Assembly: GCA_018992685.1 (NCBI GenBank)
Contig: JACVGT010000011.1
Span: 1-64,000, forward strand
DNA length: 64,000 nucleotides
Source: Theionarchaea archaeon
GTDB taxonomy: Archaea; Methanobacteriota_B; Thermococci; Methanofastidiosales; SZ-28-30
Reading direction: 5' to 3'
Shown here: one piece after another, positions 8,492 through 18,726 of the stretch
How positions within the stretch are numbered: position 1 is the first letter of the stretch
Layout of the letters: the number at the start of each line of letters is the position of its first letter
Notes under the pieces: model-generated
Seen by the model: only the letters and a program-made list of their open reading frames with translations
Told to the model about the DNA's origin: nothing
The model's database searches: none
Made by a program: the position numbers and the translations under genes

Positions 8492-10906
8492 ATGCCTGAG
8501 CAATCATCGAGGAACTCTGTCCTGTTTCAGAATGTGGAGCAGGTCTTGGGAAGAAGAGAGCAGTTGAGTACAAAACTGGAAACCCTCTCACACGTCCTGG
8601 GTAAGCTCGTTGATCACGATTATTATGGTATCGTTTTTAATGCGTCCTACACTCATGAAATGTCAGAGATCTCAACAGCGCTTTCCTCGAGAATTAGAGA
8701 CACAGATGCCACCTTCTGTACTGTGTCGCTCCAGGAGATGGGCTCTGAGCCCAAGGTGCTTTCATGTAAAGATATCTCATCCTTTTTTTCTGGAATTGGT
8801 GCTTCTTTTCCTCTGAGAGAATCCTTGGCCCACTGCGCTGTCGTACCGCTTTCTGTGGATGGATTGCTTGGCCTCTTCTGTGTATTCAGAAGATCCTTAT
8901 TCTCAGACATAGAACTGGAACAGATATCCCTGTTTTCGGCCCAATTAGCGAATGCGATAGTCTTCCATCTTTATTCTTTACAGGAAGGCAGAATCAAATC
9001 TCTTCCCTTTGAGGAATCTAAAGATTACTATGAGAGCATGATTCATACTACAGAAGACATGATATTCACCGTCAGTTTGGAAGGACGATTTGTTTTTGCT
9101 AACAGGAAGGTCACAGAGATTATGGGTAGCGATCTTGTGGGAAAGCATTTCGAAGAAGTTGTTGTTCCTGGATACCGTGAGAAAGTGAAAGAGGAGTTTG
9201 AGAAACGCAAAAAAGGTAAGACATCTTCCGGGTACAGGATCCAGGCTTTCGACAAATCAAGTGAAAGAGTATGGCTTGAAATCAATTCGAATCCTCTATT
9301 CAAGAACGGGCAGATCGTGGGAGTATGTGGAAGTGCAAGGGACATAACTCATCAGATGCAGATTGAGCAGCAGAGGACTCATCTCACCATGATTGCCAAT
9401 GATATCCTTCAGCGAAAGAATCTGACAGAAATCATGGAAACGGTTGCCATCGCCATTCGTGAGCATTGTGGGTTTCAGAGGGTCCTCATTTCTCTGCTGG
9501 ATGACAATTTCGAGGCTGTTCATCTGGCTTTCGCCGGACTCACTGAAGAAGAGAAAGCTCAGGCATACCAGCGTCATCTTTCTCCGGAGCAGAGGAGAAG
9601 CATCTTTCAAGGTAAGTTCAAAGTTGGTCACTCCTATTACATCCCGCATGACCAGACTCCGTGGAGGGAACTGGGTGTTCAGAGCAGAATGAGCCCGGAA
9701 CAGATGAAAGACTGGCATCCCGATGATTTTCTGTTTATTCCCTTTTACGGAGAAGAGAAGAAGGCAATTGGACTGATTTCCGTAGATGACCCGATTGATG
9801 GGAGAGCACCCACTGCTGAGGCCCTGGCCCCGGTGGAACTGTTTGCCACCCAGGCCGCCATAGCCATTGAGAATGCTCGACTGTATGAACAGATCAGCCA
9901 CCATGCGGAAGATCTGGAATCCAAAGTAGTACAGAGAACTCGTGCCCGGGAAGCGCTGCTGGAGACCAACTATCTGCTGCGGGGGACCACCAGCTGGGAC
10001 AAAGGGATGAAGATTATCCTGGAAGGCATTACAAAAGGACTTGGATTTGAGAATGCTGAGTTGTTTCTAATCAATGAAAGCAAGAAGATTCTGGAAAACA
10101 TCGCTGTCGTCGGTACAGAGAAGAAACAAGATATTTCCTTGAATGACATGGGATATGTGGCTGCACAGTGTGTAGCTCAAAAGAAGCCAATCAATGTTAA
10201 GGATGCATCAGAACATGTTTCGAAACAGATAGATCCTGTCCTGGAATCTTTTGCATGGGTTCCCATCATGACCCAGGACGAGGTGCTGGGAGTAATTTCA
10301 GTGTATAATCAGATTTCCGGACGCCCCATTTCAGATGAACAGCTGGATGATCTGCTACTGTTCGCCAACCAGGCAGCTCATTTTGTGGAAAGTACACGGT
10401 TCCTGTTCAGTCCAGTTGTGGAGAATACACTCCCCACTGAAATGAAGTACAGGCTGGAATCGGGAGAGAGCTATCTGGTGGAGAGTGCCCAGCCTGCAGA
10501 AGCATTTGATATCTTTCGTGATGCGGTGACGCATGGGATACAGGGATTCTCTATCTGCAGAATGCATCCAAAGAAGGTCAGACACAAGTTTGATCTTAAG
10601 AGAACTCCCATTTTGTGGCTTTCTACCATCGAGGCAGAAGACACGGTAGATCCCAAAGATCTGGCAAAGATCAACCATATGCTCAACGAATTTTTGAAGC
10701 GGGCTTCTGAGTCTATTCTTCTGGTGGAAGGGTTGGAATATTTGATCATTCAGAACAATTTTGAGAAGGTAGTCAAGGCGCTGCATTCACTGAATGACTA
10801 TGTCACTATGTCCAATTCTCGGCTGCTCGTGCCAATCAATCCCAAGACCCTCTCAGAAAAAGAGCTCAGCATTTTGGAAAAGGAATTCATGGTATTCAAG
10901 AAGTGA
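8492..10906 (+). CDS. GAF-PAS-GAF-GAF sensor with C-terminal DUF835 (inactivated KaiC-like) domain
   Basis: PAS (FANRK...GSARDIT) and GAF ends (QAAIAIENARLY). The C-terminus ILWLS...LLVEGLEYLIIQNNF...LNDY is typical of DUF835. Confidence 0.85.
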   Translation: MPEQSSRNSVLFQNVEQVLGRREQLSTKLETLSHVLGKLVDHDYYGIVFNASYTHEMSEISTALSSRIRDTDATFCTVSLQEMGSEPKVLSCKDISSFFSGIGASFPLRESLAHCAVVPLSVDGLLGLFCVFRRSLFSDIELEQISLFSAQLANAIVFHLYSLQEGRIKSLPFEESKDYYESMIHTTEDMIFTVSLEGRFVFANRKVTEIMGSDLVGKHFEEVVVPGYREKVKEEFEKRKKGKTSSGYRIQAFDKSSERVWLEINSNPLFKNGQIVGVCGSARDITHQMQIEQQRTHLTMIANDILQRKNLTEIMETVAIAIREHCGFQRVLISLLDDNFEAVHLAFAGLTEEEKAQAYQRHLSPEQRRSIFQGKFKVGHSYYIPHDQTPWRELGVQSRMSPEQMKDWHPDDFLFIPFYGEEKKAIGLISVDDPIDGRAPTAEALAPVELFATQAAIAIENARLYEQISHHAEDLESKVVQRTRAREALLETNYLLRGTTSWDKGMKIILEGITKGLGFENAELFLINESKKILENIAVVGTEKKQDISLNDMGYVAAQCVAQKKPINVKDASEHVSKQIDPVLESFAWVPIMTQDEVLGVISVYNQISGRPISDEQLDDLLLFANQAAHFVESTRFLFSPVVENTLPTEMKYRLESGESYLVESAQPAEAFDIFRDAVTHGIQGFSICRMHPKKVRHKFDLKRTPILWLSTIEAEDTVDPKDLAKINHMLNEFLKRASESILLVEGLEYLIIQNNFEKVVKALHSLNDYVTMSNSRLLVPINPKTLSEKELSILEKEFMVFKK

Positions 10907-11024
10907 ACATTTCTTCTAAAGGACAAAAGGATGAAGTCACGACACTGACACTGGTGGAGTGTTGTGCCTGTCCGAATCTGTTCTTTCTTGAGAGTGCTGT
11001 TCATTTCAGAGGATCAATCAATGC

Positions 11025-12542
11025 TTAGCCCACGAACTGCAGAAGCATGTGGTTTTCCCACCTGTCAATGACTCCCATCATAGCACTCTCACGGGCAATT
11101 CTTTCCGCTTGCTGGAGCTTGTGGGATTTTTCAGCAAAAATCTCCATTAGGACGTCGCCCTCCTGAACCATGGTTCCCATCTTTTTGTACAATCTGACTC
11201 CTGCTCCTGTGTCTCTTGGACATCCCGCGGCTGTGGCTATCCTGACCAGTGAGGGGTTGTCGATCCATCTTACAATTCCAGGACTTTCAGCATAGATTCT
11301 TGTCACGTGGCTCCCTACTGCTATGTCATCAGGGTCGACATCCGGATCACCACCTTGGGCAGCAATAATTTCCCTGAGTTTTGCATCAGCTTTCTTTTGT
11401 TCCAGTGCTTTTTGGGCCATGAGCCTTCCCTCTTCTCTTGAGTGAGCTTTTCCAACCAGTGATAGCAAGATTCCACACAAAGAGGTTACCTTTTCCTTCA
11501 AGTCCGAACTTTCACTGGAGGAAATCGCTTTCAGAGCTTCCCGTGCTTCCAATGCGGGGCCGATGCAGTGTCCAATGGGCTGTTCCCCCAGGGTAATTCC
11601 GCACTGTATGTTCAGATCAAGTTTTTTCCCGATATTGACAAACTGGTCTGCCAGTCTGTGAGCTTTCTCAGGAGTTTTTATCTTAGCATCAGACCCCGTG
11701 GGAATGTCAATCACCACATGAGTCGCTCCTACACTCTTCTTCTTGCTGAGAATAGAAGCCAGTAACAGAGGGTCAACCCCCAACGGATGCTCAATTTGTA
11801 TCAACAGGTCATCTGCAGGTGCCAGGTCCAGTGCTCCTCCCCATACCAGGCACCCATTCGTTTTTCGTGTTACTTCTTCAATCTCTTCCAGGCCCAGCTC
11901 CACTGGCATGAGCATTTCCGCCCTGTCAGCTGTTCCTGCAGGAGAGGTAATGGCTCGGGATGAGGTTTTCGGAATTAGTAGCCCCAGAGATGCGATGACT
12001 GGTACCACCAGCAGGCTGGTCTTATCCCCCGGGACTCCTCCAACACTGTGCTTGTCACACACCACATCCCCGAAGGTCATGATGTCACCAGTTTCCACCA
12101 TAGCTTCTATCAGTGATGTGGATTCTCCCATGGACAGTCCTTTCAAGTGAAGGGCCATGATGAAAGCCGTCAATTCCAGATCATTCAGGTTTCTTTCTAC
12201 CACATCTCTTATGATTTCTCTGATTTCTTCTCCTGTTAATTCAATTCCTTCAATCTTGCGGCGAATGTATTCCTTTGATTTGAGTGGACGTCGGGCGGAC
12301 ACTTCGACCTGCTGTCCTGTCCTCACACCCAGCTTTTCCTTAATCTCATCGAAAATGCCAATTTCACCAGGGCGGACAAATCGTTCTGATGTGTTGATCA
12401 CAGCGGTGACTGAACCAGATTCGGCTTCAATAACAACGCGGTCCAGAGAATAAACACCTAATTCAAGTGCATCCTGTAAATTAAGGACGGCAACAGTCTT
12501 CCCGCCAGTATCAAGATCGTATGGTTTCACTGTCATTTTCAT
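11025..12542 (-). CDS. deoA: AMP phosphorylase (archaeal thymidine phosphorylase family)
   Basis: DKHSVGGVPGDKT, KTSSRAITSPAGTAD, LAPADD and the N-terminal extension domain. Confidence 0.92.
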   Translation of the reverse strand: MKMTVKPYDLDTGGKTVAVLNLQDALELGVYSLDRVVIEAESGSVTAVINTSERFVRPGEIGIFDEIKEKLGVRTGQQVEVSARRPLKSKEYIRRKIEGIELTGEEIREIIRDVVERNLNDLELTAFIMALHLKGLSMGESTSLIEAMVETGDIMTFGDVVCDKHSVGGVPGDKTSLLVVPVIASLGLLIPKTSSRAITSPAGTADRAEMLMPVELGLEEIEEVTRKTNGCLVWGGALDLAPADDLLIQIEHPLGVDPLLLASILSKKKSVGATHVVIDIPTGSDAKIKTPEKAHRLADQFVNIGKKLDLNIQCGITLGEQPIGHCIGPALEAREALKAISSSESSDLKEKVTSLCGILLSLVGKAHSREEGRLMAQKALEQKKADAKLREIIAAQGGDPDVDPDDIAVGSHVTRIYAESPGIVRWIDNPSLVRIATAAGCPRDTGAGVRLYKKMGTMVQEGDVLMEIFAEKSHKLQQAERIARESAMMGVIDRWENHMLLQFVG

Positions 12543-12699
12543 AGCGTATTTTAGGAGCCATTCTTAATTAACCTTTTCCAGCCACATCTTTCTATACTCG
12601 GTTCATCATTCCTTTTTCCTGAAGCTACTATCGCGACCGAAACTTTTATATACCTCTGCACATAAGAAGTTACGCTTGCAGTAGTAGCTTCAAGCGATC

Positions 12700-14478
12700 A
12701 TGGAAAGGAGGGACACTATGGCTAGCAGCCTTCCAGTAACTGCAGAAAGAAGAGTACGAAGAAGACCCCAAGAAGTAGATGAATCTGAGGAACGGAAATC
12801 AGAGTCAGAGTCTGAACCATGTCCCTACAGAATAACAGGAAAAGCATGGACCAGGTTTGCTCTGTCTTTTGTTGTACTATACGCGGTGCTGGCAGCTTCC
12901 ATATTCAGCGTATTTGCGTTCCAGGATCAGTCACCTGCTCTCATTCAGGGAGTGGGAGAGAGAGAAGTCACGCCAGGCGGTGAAGCAAGTTTTACCATCC
13001 AGGTGAAGAACCCCTCAATCCTGAAGAAGGATATTACCCTAAACCTGGAGAAAGACCTGCCTTCTGGATGGATGGCGAGTTTCTGTGATGAAACCCAATG
13101 CTTCTTTGAAAGCTGTTCTGTAACCCTGGATTCGCTTGGAGAGAAGTCCTATTTTGTTCATGTGATCACTGACGAAACAGGTCAGGCAGGAACTGTATCA
13201 GTTGAAATGGTTCACCAAGGTGAAATTCAGAAAGACATTACTTTCACAGTTACTACTACAAAACAGGCAGATTTCACCTTAGAACTAACCAGCAGCGAAA
13301 GAGAGCTCTCTGAAGTTGCATTTGATGTGCTCATCGTGAATACCGGCAATGTTGAGGACTCATTTACCGTATCCCTGCCTCCTGGTGTTGCAGCTCGCGT
13401 CAGTGAGGATGCAGTCACCCTGAAACCTGGAGAAAAAAAGGAATTGACTGTCTATATTGAGGGCTCCTCGGCTGTCAATACGTCACTCATCGTGACCTCA
13501 CGAGAGGGTGTATCCAGGACGTTGTACTTGATCAATGAACAGGCCCTGACCTATGATTTCGAAATGTATGCTGCCAAGGACTTCTACATCGAGGAAGAGG
13601 AGGCCACCATCAGCTTTGACATCATTAATACAGGAGATGCTCCTGACACCTTTAGTGTCAGTGCTACCTGCCTTGCCCCTGAATGGGAGGTGGCGTGCAC
13701 ACCTCAGGCTCTTGATCTTGAAGCGAAAAAATCAGGACGAATAGTCCTCTCAGTAAAGAGAGGAAAAGGAAAGAGCGCTTCCATCATTGCAACTGCCTCG
13801 TCAACCAGCGGACTGTCAAAGAACATAAAGCTGAATATTTTCTTGCAGGAAACCCAGGGAAAAACTGTTCTGGCGGAGTATTTCACCGGCACCTGGTGCT
13901 ACGTGTGCGGTTACGGGGAAAGGGCGCTGAGGCAGCTGGCAGAAGAAATAGAGAACCTTATTGTCCTGGTCTATCATCTGAAAGACGATATTGAAACCTC
14001 AGGCAGTGCAAAGCGGGCCACAGGACTGTATGGATTCACTGACACCGTGTCTACGCTGGTGGTCAACGGAACAAAGTATGCGTACTACTCTTCAGGTGGG
14101 GAAGGAGCCATCTATTTCAAGTACAAGAAGATTATCGAAGAGATGATGGCAGAGCCTTTGAAGGCCGAAATCTATGTATCTGGACGTACGGTGGAAAGTG
14201 TGGCCTACATTACGGCAGAAATCCACTCCTATACTTCAGGTACCTACGATGTGTATTTTGTCCTGTTCAAGAACAACTTCGAGTACCGTGGTGAAATCAA
14301 GCAGTACATCGTGAGAGATGTCACCGGTCCGCAAAGGGTCACGCTCCTGGGAGAAGTCCTTGTATCCACAGAGTTTATATTACCTGCAGGCGAACCCTAT
14401 GAAGGGTATGGTGTGGTGGTCATCATACAGGACCCCCGGACCCTAGAAGTGCTTCAAGCTACGCAATACATGTTATAG
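12700..14478 (+). CDS. Membrane-anchored Ig-like-domain protein with C-terminal thioredoxin-like (Omp28-like) domain
   Basis: A TM helix at about aa 53-75 and repeated NxGNxxD-type Ig modules. The C-terminal part has AEYFTGTWCYVC and an ending VVVIIQD...VLQA. Confidence 0.65.
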   Translation: MERRDTMASSLPVTAERRVRRRPQEVDESEERKSESESEPCPYRITGKAWTRFALSFVVLYAVLAASIFSVFAFQDQSPALIQGVGEREVTPGGEASFTIQVKNPSILKKDITLNLEKDLPSGWMASFCDETQCFFESCSVTLDSLGEKSYFVHVITDETGQAGTVSVEMVHQGEIQKDITFTVTTTKQADFTLELTSSERELSEVAFDVLIVNTGNVEDSFTVSLPPGVAARVSEDAVTLKPGEKKELTVYIEGSSAVNTSLIVTSREGVSRTLYLINEQALTYDFEMYAAKDFYIEEEEATISFDIINTGDAPDTFSVSATCLAPEWEVACTPQALDLEAKKSGRIVLSVKRGKGKSASIIATASSTSGLSKNIKLNIFLQETQGKTVLAEYFTGTWCYVCGYGERALRQLAEEIENLIVLVYHLKDDIETSGSAKRATGLYGFTDTVSTLVVNGTKYAYYSSGGEGAIYFKYKKIIEEMMAEPLKAEIYVSGRTVESVAYITAEIHSYTSGTYDVYFVLFKNNFEYRGEIKQYIVRDVTGPQRVTLLGEVLVSTEFILPAGEPYEGYGVVVIIQDPRTLEVLQATQYML

Positions 14479-14489
14479 GAGGAAATATC

Positions 14490-14939
14490 ATGAGTCGAAA
14501 GAGAGATATGTTCATTGGAATGACATTCCTCGCAGTGCTGGGAGTATCGTGCTTCTACGTACTGGGAGGGAACGAGAACGGCCCCACGGGTTACCCCTTC
14601 TCATCGAATTGGGTATGGAACGATTATGAAAAGGTGATGCAGCAGGCCCGGGCTGAGAATAAATACGTGGTGATCGATTTCTGGGCTGTGTGGTGCGATG
14701 AGTGTAAGAAAATGGATAGGGTAGCCTTCAGAGATCCTGAGGTATGTCGCTTGCTGGATGAATGTGTCCTGCTGAAAGTGGATGTAGATATCTCGCCTCA
14801 GCTGAAATCCGAATTCCGGGTGATGGGTATGCCCACCGTGGTGATTGTGTCTCCCGAAGGTGATGAAGTCATGAGGGCAGTTGGATATCAGACCACAGAA
14901 CAGATCACGAGACTCTTGACGGAGGTTCTTGGATCATGA
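14490..14939 (+). CDS. Membrane-anchored thioredoxin-family protein
   Basis: N-terminal TM helix, DFWAVWCDEC and the cis-Pro motif GMPT. Confidence 0.88.
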   Translation: MSRKRDMFIGMTFLAVLGVSCFYVLGGNENGPTGYPFSSNWVWNDYEKVMQQARAENKYVVIDFWAVWCDECKKMDRVAFRDPEVCRLLDECVLLKVDVDISPQLKSEFRVMGMPTVVIVSPEGDEVMRAVGYQTTEQITRLLTEVLGS

Positions 14940-14948
14940 GGTGGTACC

Positions 14949-15641
14949 ATGGATGATGTGGGATTAGTCACTGCTTTCTTGTATGGAATGCTCTCCTTTG
15001 TTACTCCCTGCATTCTTCCTCTGGTGCCTGCGTATATCACCTACATAACAGGGGTGGACTTAGAGACGTTGCAGAAAGGTGGGATAGGGAGAAAGGTTAT
15101 TTTCCTGAATTCTTTGCTATTTGTCATGGGATTTTCGATTATTTTCATGCTGTTGGTGATCCCAGCTAATGTAGTGGGGAATCTCCTCTTGCAGTACCAG
15201 GTTTGGATTCAGCGCATTGCAGGGGTTATTATTGTGGTGTTTGGACTGCATATTGCAGGGATTATCAATATTGGAATATTGAATGTGGAGAAAAAGCTGC
15301 ATCTGACTGAAAAACCCCGAGGATATTTCGGTTCCCTGGTTATCGGCATGACCTTCGCTCTGGGCTGGTCCCCGTGTATTGGACCGATTCTGGCTTCAAT
15401 TATTCTAATAGCTTCTACCCAGTCCATGAGTACAGGAGTACTGCTTCTGGGAGTGTATTCTGCTGGACTGGCGATTCCCTTTCTGGTGGTTGGACTCATG
15501 ATTGGTCATTTCCTGGAATACTACCAGGGCATTCTGAAGCACACACGGGAGATCATGCTGGTGTCGGGACTGGCGCTGGTTTTCGTTGGCGGGCTGATGA
15601 TTCTGGGATTGTTTCAGAGGTTCTTTTCTGTGCTTGGTTAA
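14949..15641 (+). CDS. ccdA: CcdA/DsbD-family transmembrane electron transporter
   Basis: SFVTPCILP, WSPCIGP and six TM helices. Confidence 0.92.
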   Translation: MDDVGLVTAFLYGMLSFVTPCILPLVPAYITYITGVDLETLQKGGIGRKVIFLNSLLFVMGFSIIFMLLVIPANVVGNLLLQYQVWIQRIAGVIIVVFGLHIAGIINIGILNVEKKLHLTEKPRGYFGSLVIGMTFALGWSPCIGPILASIILIASTQSMSTGVLLLGVYSAGLAIPFLVVGLMIGHFLEYYQGILKHTREIMLVSGLALVFVGGLMILGLFQRFFSVLG

Positions 15642-15722
15642 GATGACTGATAGCTGCAACGGGCAAGAATCAGCGTACCAGAATGTTTATAATGAACCTC
15701 AGGTATTCCCACACGTGACTCC

Positions 15723-16856
15723 ATGAAGATTGCTCTTATCCAGAATGTTACGCTCAATGATCACCGGTCAGTTCACTCTCATCATGTTGCCTGTGAGTTA
15801 TGCAGGCGGGGTGTGGATGTGGATGTCATCGTGCAGAAGACGGAAGAGGAGCTCCAATATACAGAAAGACCGTATCAGCTGATAGAACTCCCCGGAGAGA
15901 CGTACTCCATCAAAGGACAACTCCAGTTCATTCTGAATTCATATCATCACCTGAAAGGGGCAAGGTACGATGTTATCCATGCGAAAAATCCTTTTTCTTC
16001 TCTTTTCTCTGCAGTACTCTTGAAAGAATTGGGGAAAATTGATTCCCGAATTGTATATGATATGAGGGGGTTGTGGATAGAATTTGGCGCTGACACGGGT
16101 AAGTTCCCTTCTTTCTTGAAGCATGGACTTGAGATGGTGGAAGAGATGCTCATCAAGAAGTGTGATCAGATGGTGGCTATATCATCCTCATTGCAGGAAA
16201 TCCTCTGCAGGAAAGGAGTTCCGAGCAGCAAGGTGACAGTGATTGTGGGAGCGGGAATTGATATTCAGAAGATACAGTCGCTGGAACCCGTGCTTTTTTC
16301 TGAGGGTCTGGCCAATTTAAAGCGTGTTGGCTATGTGGGCACCATTAGTGTCGCCAGAGAGTCTCATAAGATCATAGAGGCATTTGAGACAATTAATCGC
16401 GATGATTGTGCCCTGCTGATGATTGGCCCCGTTATAGAGCCTGAGATTTTTGACGATTTGACCAGATACAGAGAGAGAATCGTGCTACCAGGGTTTGTCC
16501 CCCAGTATGCGGCACTTGAATATCTGAAATCCTGCCAGGTGGCTATTTCCTATCACGACATTGAGAGTCCCGCCTATACGGTGGCTGTTCCATCCAAGAT
16601 TCTGGAATACATGGCTGCAGGGATTCCCATCGTGGCCACCGACCACCAAATGTACAGGAATATACTGGAAGATGGGAGGACTGCAGTTCTGACAAGTCAG
16701 AATCCTCATGATTTTGCTCGTGGCATTGAATATGTGCTGGAAAACCCGGAGGTTGGCGAGAAAATGGCAGAGAATGCCAAAAGAGAAGCAGAGAAGTTTT
16801 CTATACAGAAGGTTGTGGATCAGTTGATGGCAGTATACGAGAGCGTTCTGAAATAG
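15723..16856 (+). CDS. GT4 family glycosyltransferase
   Basis: PSKILEYMAAGIPIV, YVGTI and a GT-B layout. Confidence 0.9.
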   Translation: MKIALIQNVTLNDHRSVHSHHVACELCRRGVDVDVIVQKTEEELQYTERPYQLIELPGETYSIKGQLQFILNSYHHLKGARYDVIHAKNPFSSLFSAVLLKELGKIDSRIVYDMRGLWIEFGADTGKFPSFLKHGLEMVEEMLIKKCDQMVAISSSLQEILCRKGVPSSKVTVIVGAGIDIQKIQSLEPVLFSEGLANLKRVGYVGTISVARESHKIIEAFETINRDDCALLMIGPVIEPEIFDDLTRYRERIVLPGFVPQYAALEYLKSCQVAISYHDIESPAYTVAVPSKILEYMAAGIPIVATDHQMYRNILEDGRTAVLTSQNPHDFARGIEYVLENPEVGEKMAENAKREAEKFSIQKVVDQLMAVYESVLK

Positions 16857-16961
16857 CCGTGCATCACTCGCGAGGATATTCGATTTACGGTGGATAAAAT
16901 TTGTTGTGGACATTGAAGACAATCAGTTTCTCATGGGTTGATTGTGAAAAGGAACCCAGAG

Positions 16962-16983
16962 GAAACAAAAAAAGAAAAAAGAG
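16962..16983 (-). terminator. Oligo-T terminator downstream of the S8 gene
   Basis: A-tract aaacaaaaaaagaaaaaagag on + strand, which is a T-tract on the - strand just after the stop. Confidence 0.55.
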
Positions 16984-16995
16984 AATCTGCGTTGT

Positions 16996-18546
16996 TTATT
17001 TTCGTAATGCTGTTCCCAGACCAAGGAGCATCAGGAGCAGAACTGTCCCTAGACAGCTTCCACCACATGAGCATCCACAGTCACCATTTGCTGGCGGCGA
17101 TACATTGGGGTTGCTGATAACCTGGGCCACTGCTGCATACGCATCCACGCGGCCCCAGCCCCACAAACAGTCTTTGTTGACATTGCCCTTATCAATAGCT
17201 GTGGCACCCAGACAATTCTTGATTTGTAGGGGGGTTGCCGTTCCTCTTGCATCAAGCATCAGAGCAGCCACTCCTGCGATATGGGGCGCTGCCATTGAAG
17301 AACCAGACATGGCCACATCATTACACGCTGTTCCTGCATCAGCAGCATAGATGGATACACCAGGTGCTGCAATGTCAGGCTTGAATCTCCCGTCAGTGGT
17401 GGGGCCTCTGGAGTTGAAACTGGCCAGTGCGTCCGATTTGTCTGATGCTGTAACAGTAATCACTTTTTCAGCATCGCCAGGTGTGCCAACTGTACAGCAT
17501 GCTCCATCGCCACCAACTACCGCAATCACCACGACACCCTGGTCGACAGCCCAGTTCGACTCCTGCGCTAGAGCAGACGTGCCATCGCCACCTGCGCCTC
17601 CCAGTGACAGATTGATGATGTCAGCTCCATTGTTCACTGCCCAGTCAATCCCTGAGATGATGGTGCTTTCTGAACCACTTCCTGCGCTGGTTAAGACCTT
17701 GCAGCCCATGAGAGAAGCACCAGGGGCTACACCTTTGGCAGTGTACTCACCTGCAGCAATGGATGCACAGTGCGTTCCGTGTCCATTGTCATCGTAGGGT
17801 GTGGTCTGACTGTTGATATAGTCAATCCACGCCACAATCTTCCCCGAGGGGAAGTCACAGTGGTTGGGGTCAATGCCAGTGTCAATGATGCAGATCTTAA
17901 TGCCAGCTCCATTGTACCCCACAGACCAACAATCATCTGCATTGATCAAGGGGACACTCTGGGCCAGGCAGGCATGGACTTCAAGATCATCTTCCAGGAA
18001 CAGGACTCCCGGATCTTCAGCGAGAGGTCCGATATTAGCGACAGGAACTTGCATGGAAGCACCTCTTCCACTCATGAACTGGTGGGTGACTGTCCCATAC
18101 TTTTCCAGGCCGACTGGTGTACCTTCCCTGCACAGAACCAGGATAGTGACCTCTCTTCCGGGGGGCAGCCCCTTGATCTTGTCTTTGAGGTTCCACTTAA
18201 TTCTGGCCACATCATTGGGGACCACAGCCACGTACTCTGTAGGCCCAATTTCGGTGAGATGCTCTTTGGGGACTTTGTAAATTGTGTCAGTAACCTGTAC
18301 TAGAGGAAGCTTTTCAATGTTAATCTCTTTTGAGATTCTGGTCAGAACTCCAGGATTGTAGGCAATCTCAAAGTAATGAGAGTCTTCGTTAACGATTTCA
18401 CCCTTCACTTCCACCAGATCCCGGCCCTCGTACCCAAAAGTCTGTACATGGATAGTGACTGTATGAGACTGTGCGTTCGCAGAAAGTGCTGAAAAAAGAA
18501 GAATACCAATGACAACGCATACTACTACCTTCCGGTTTCTTACCAT
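16996..18546 (-). CDS. Secreted S8 subtilisin-like protease with C-terminal membrane anchor
   Basis: IDTGID, HGTHCAS and SGSSMAAPH. Signal peptide from ATG 18546, after ggaggtga. C-terminal TM helix plus RK. Confidence 0.88.
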   Translation of the reverse strand: MVRNRKVVVCVVIGILLFSALSANAQSHTVTIHVQTFGYEGRDLVEVKGEIVNEDSHYFEIAYNPGVLTRISKEINIEKLPLVQVTDTIYKVPKEHLTEIGPTEYVAVVPNDVARIKWNLKDKIKGLPPGREVTILVLCREGTPVGLEKYGTVTHQFMSGRGASMQVPVANIGPLAEDPGVLFLEDDLEVHACLAQSVPLINADDCWSVGYNGAGIKICIIDTGIDPNHCDFPSGKIVAWIDYINSQTTPYDDNGHGTHCASIAAGEYTAKGVAPGASLMGCKVLTSAGSGSESTIISGIDWAVNNGADIINLSLGGAGGDGTSALAQESNWAVDQGVVVIAVVGGDGACCTVGTPGDAEKVITVTASDKSDALASFNSRGPTTDGRFKPDIAAPGVSIYAADAGTACNDVAMSGSSMAAPHIAGVAALMLDARGTATPLQIKNCLGATAIDKGNVNKDCLWGWGRVDAYAAVAQVISNPNVSPPANGDCGCSCGGSCLGTVLLLMLLGLGTALRK

Positions 18547-18726
18547 GGATTCACCTCCTTTCCGTTTAGTATGGCACCCGGGACAATTGGGGTGCTCAAT
18601 CGCTTTCCCTTCTCTATTCTTTCCACCTATATAAATCCTCTCATGATGTGTAGTATTACAAGTTCTTTCATGAAGTGAGCAGGCTCTAGTGATAAAGGCT
18701 TTATACAGAACCTCACAGGGGTCACC

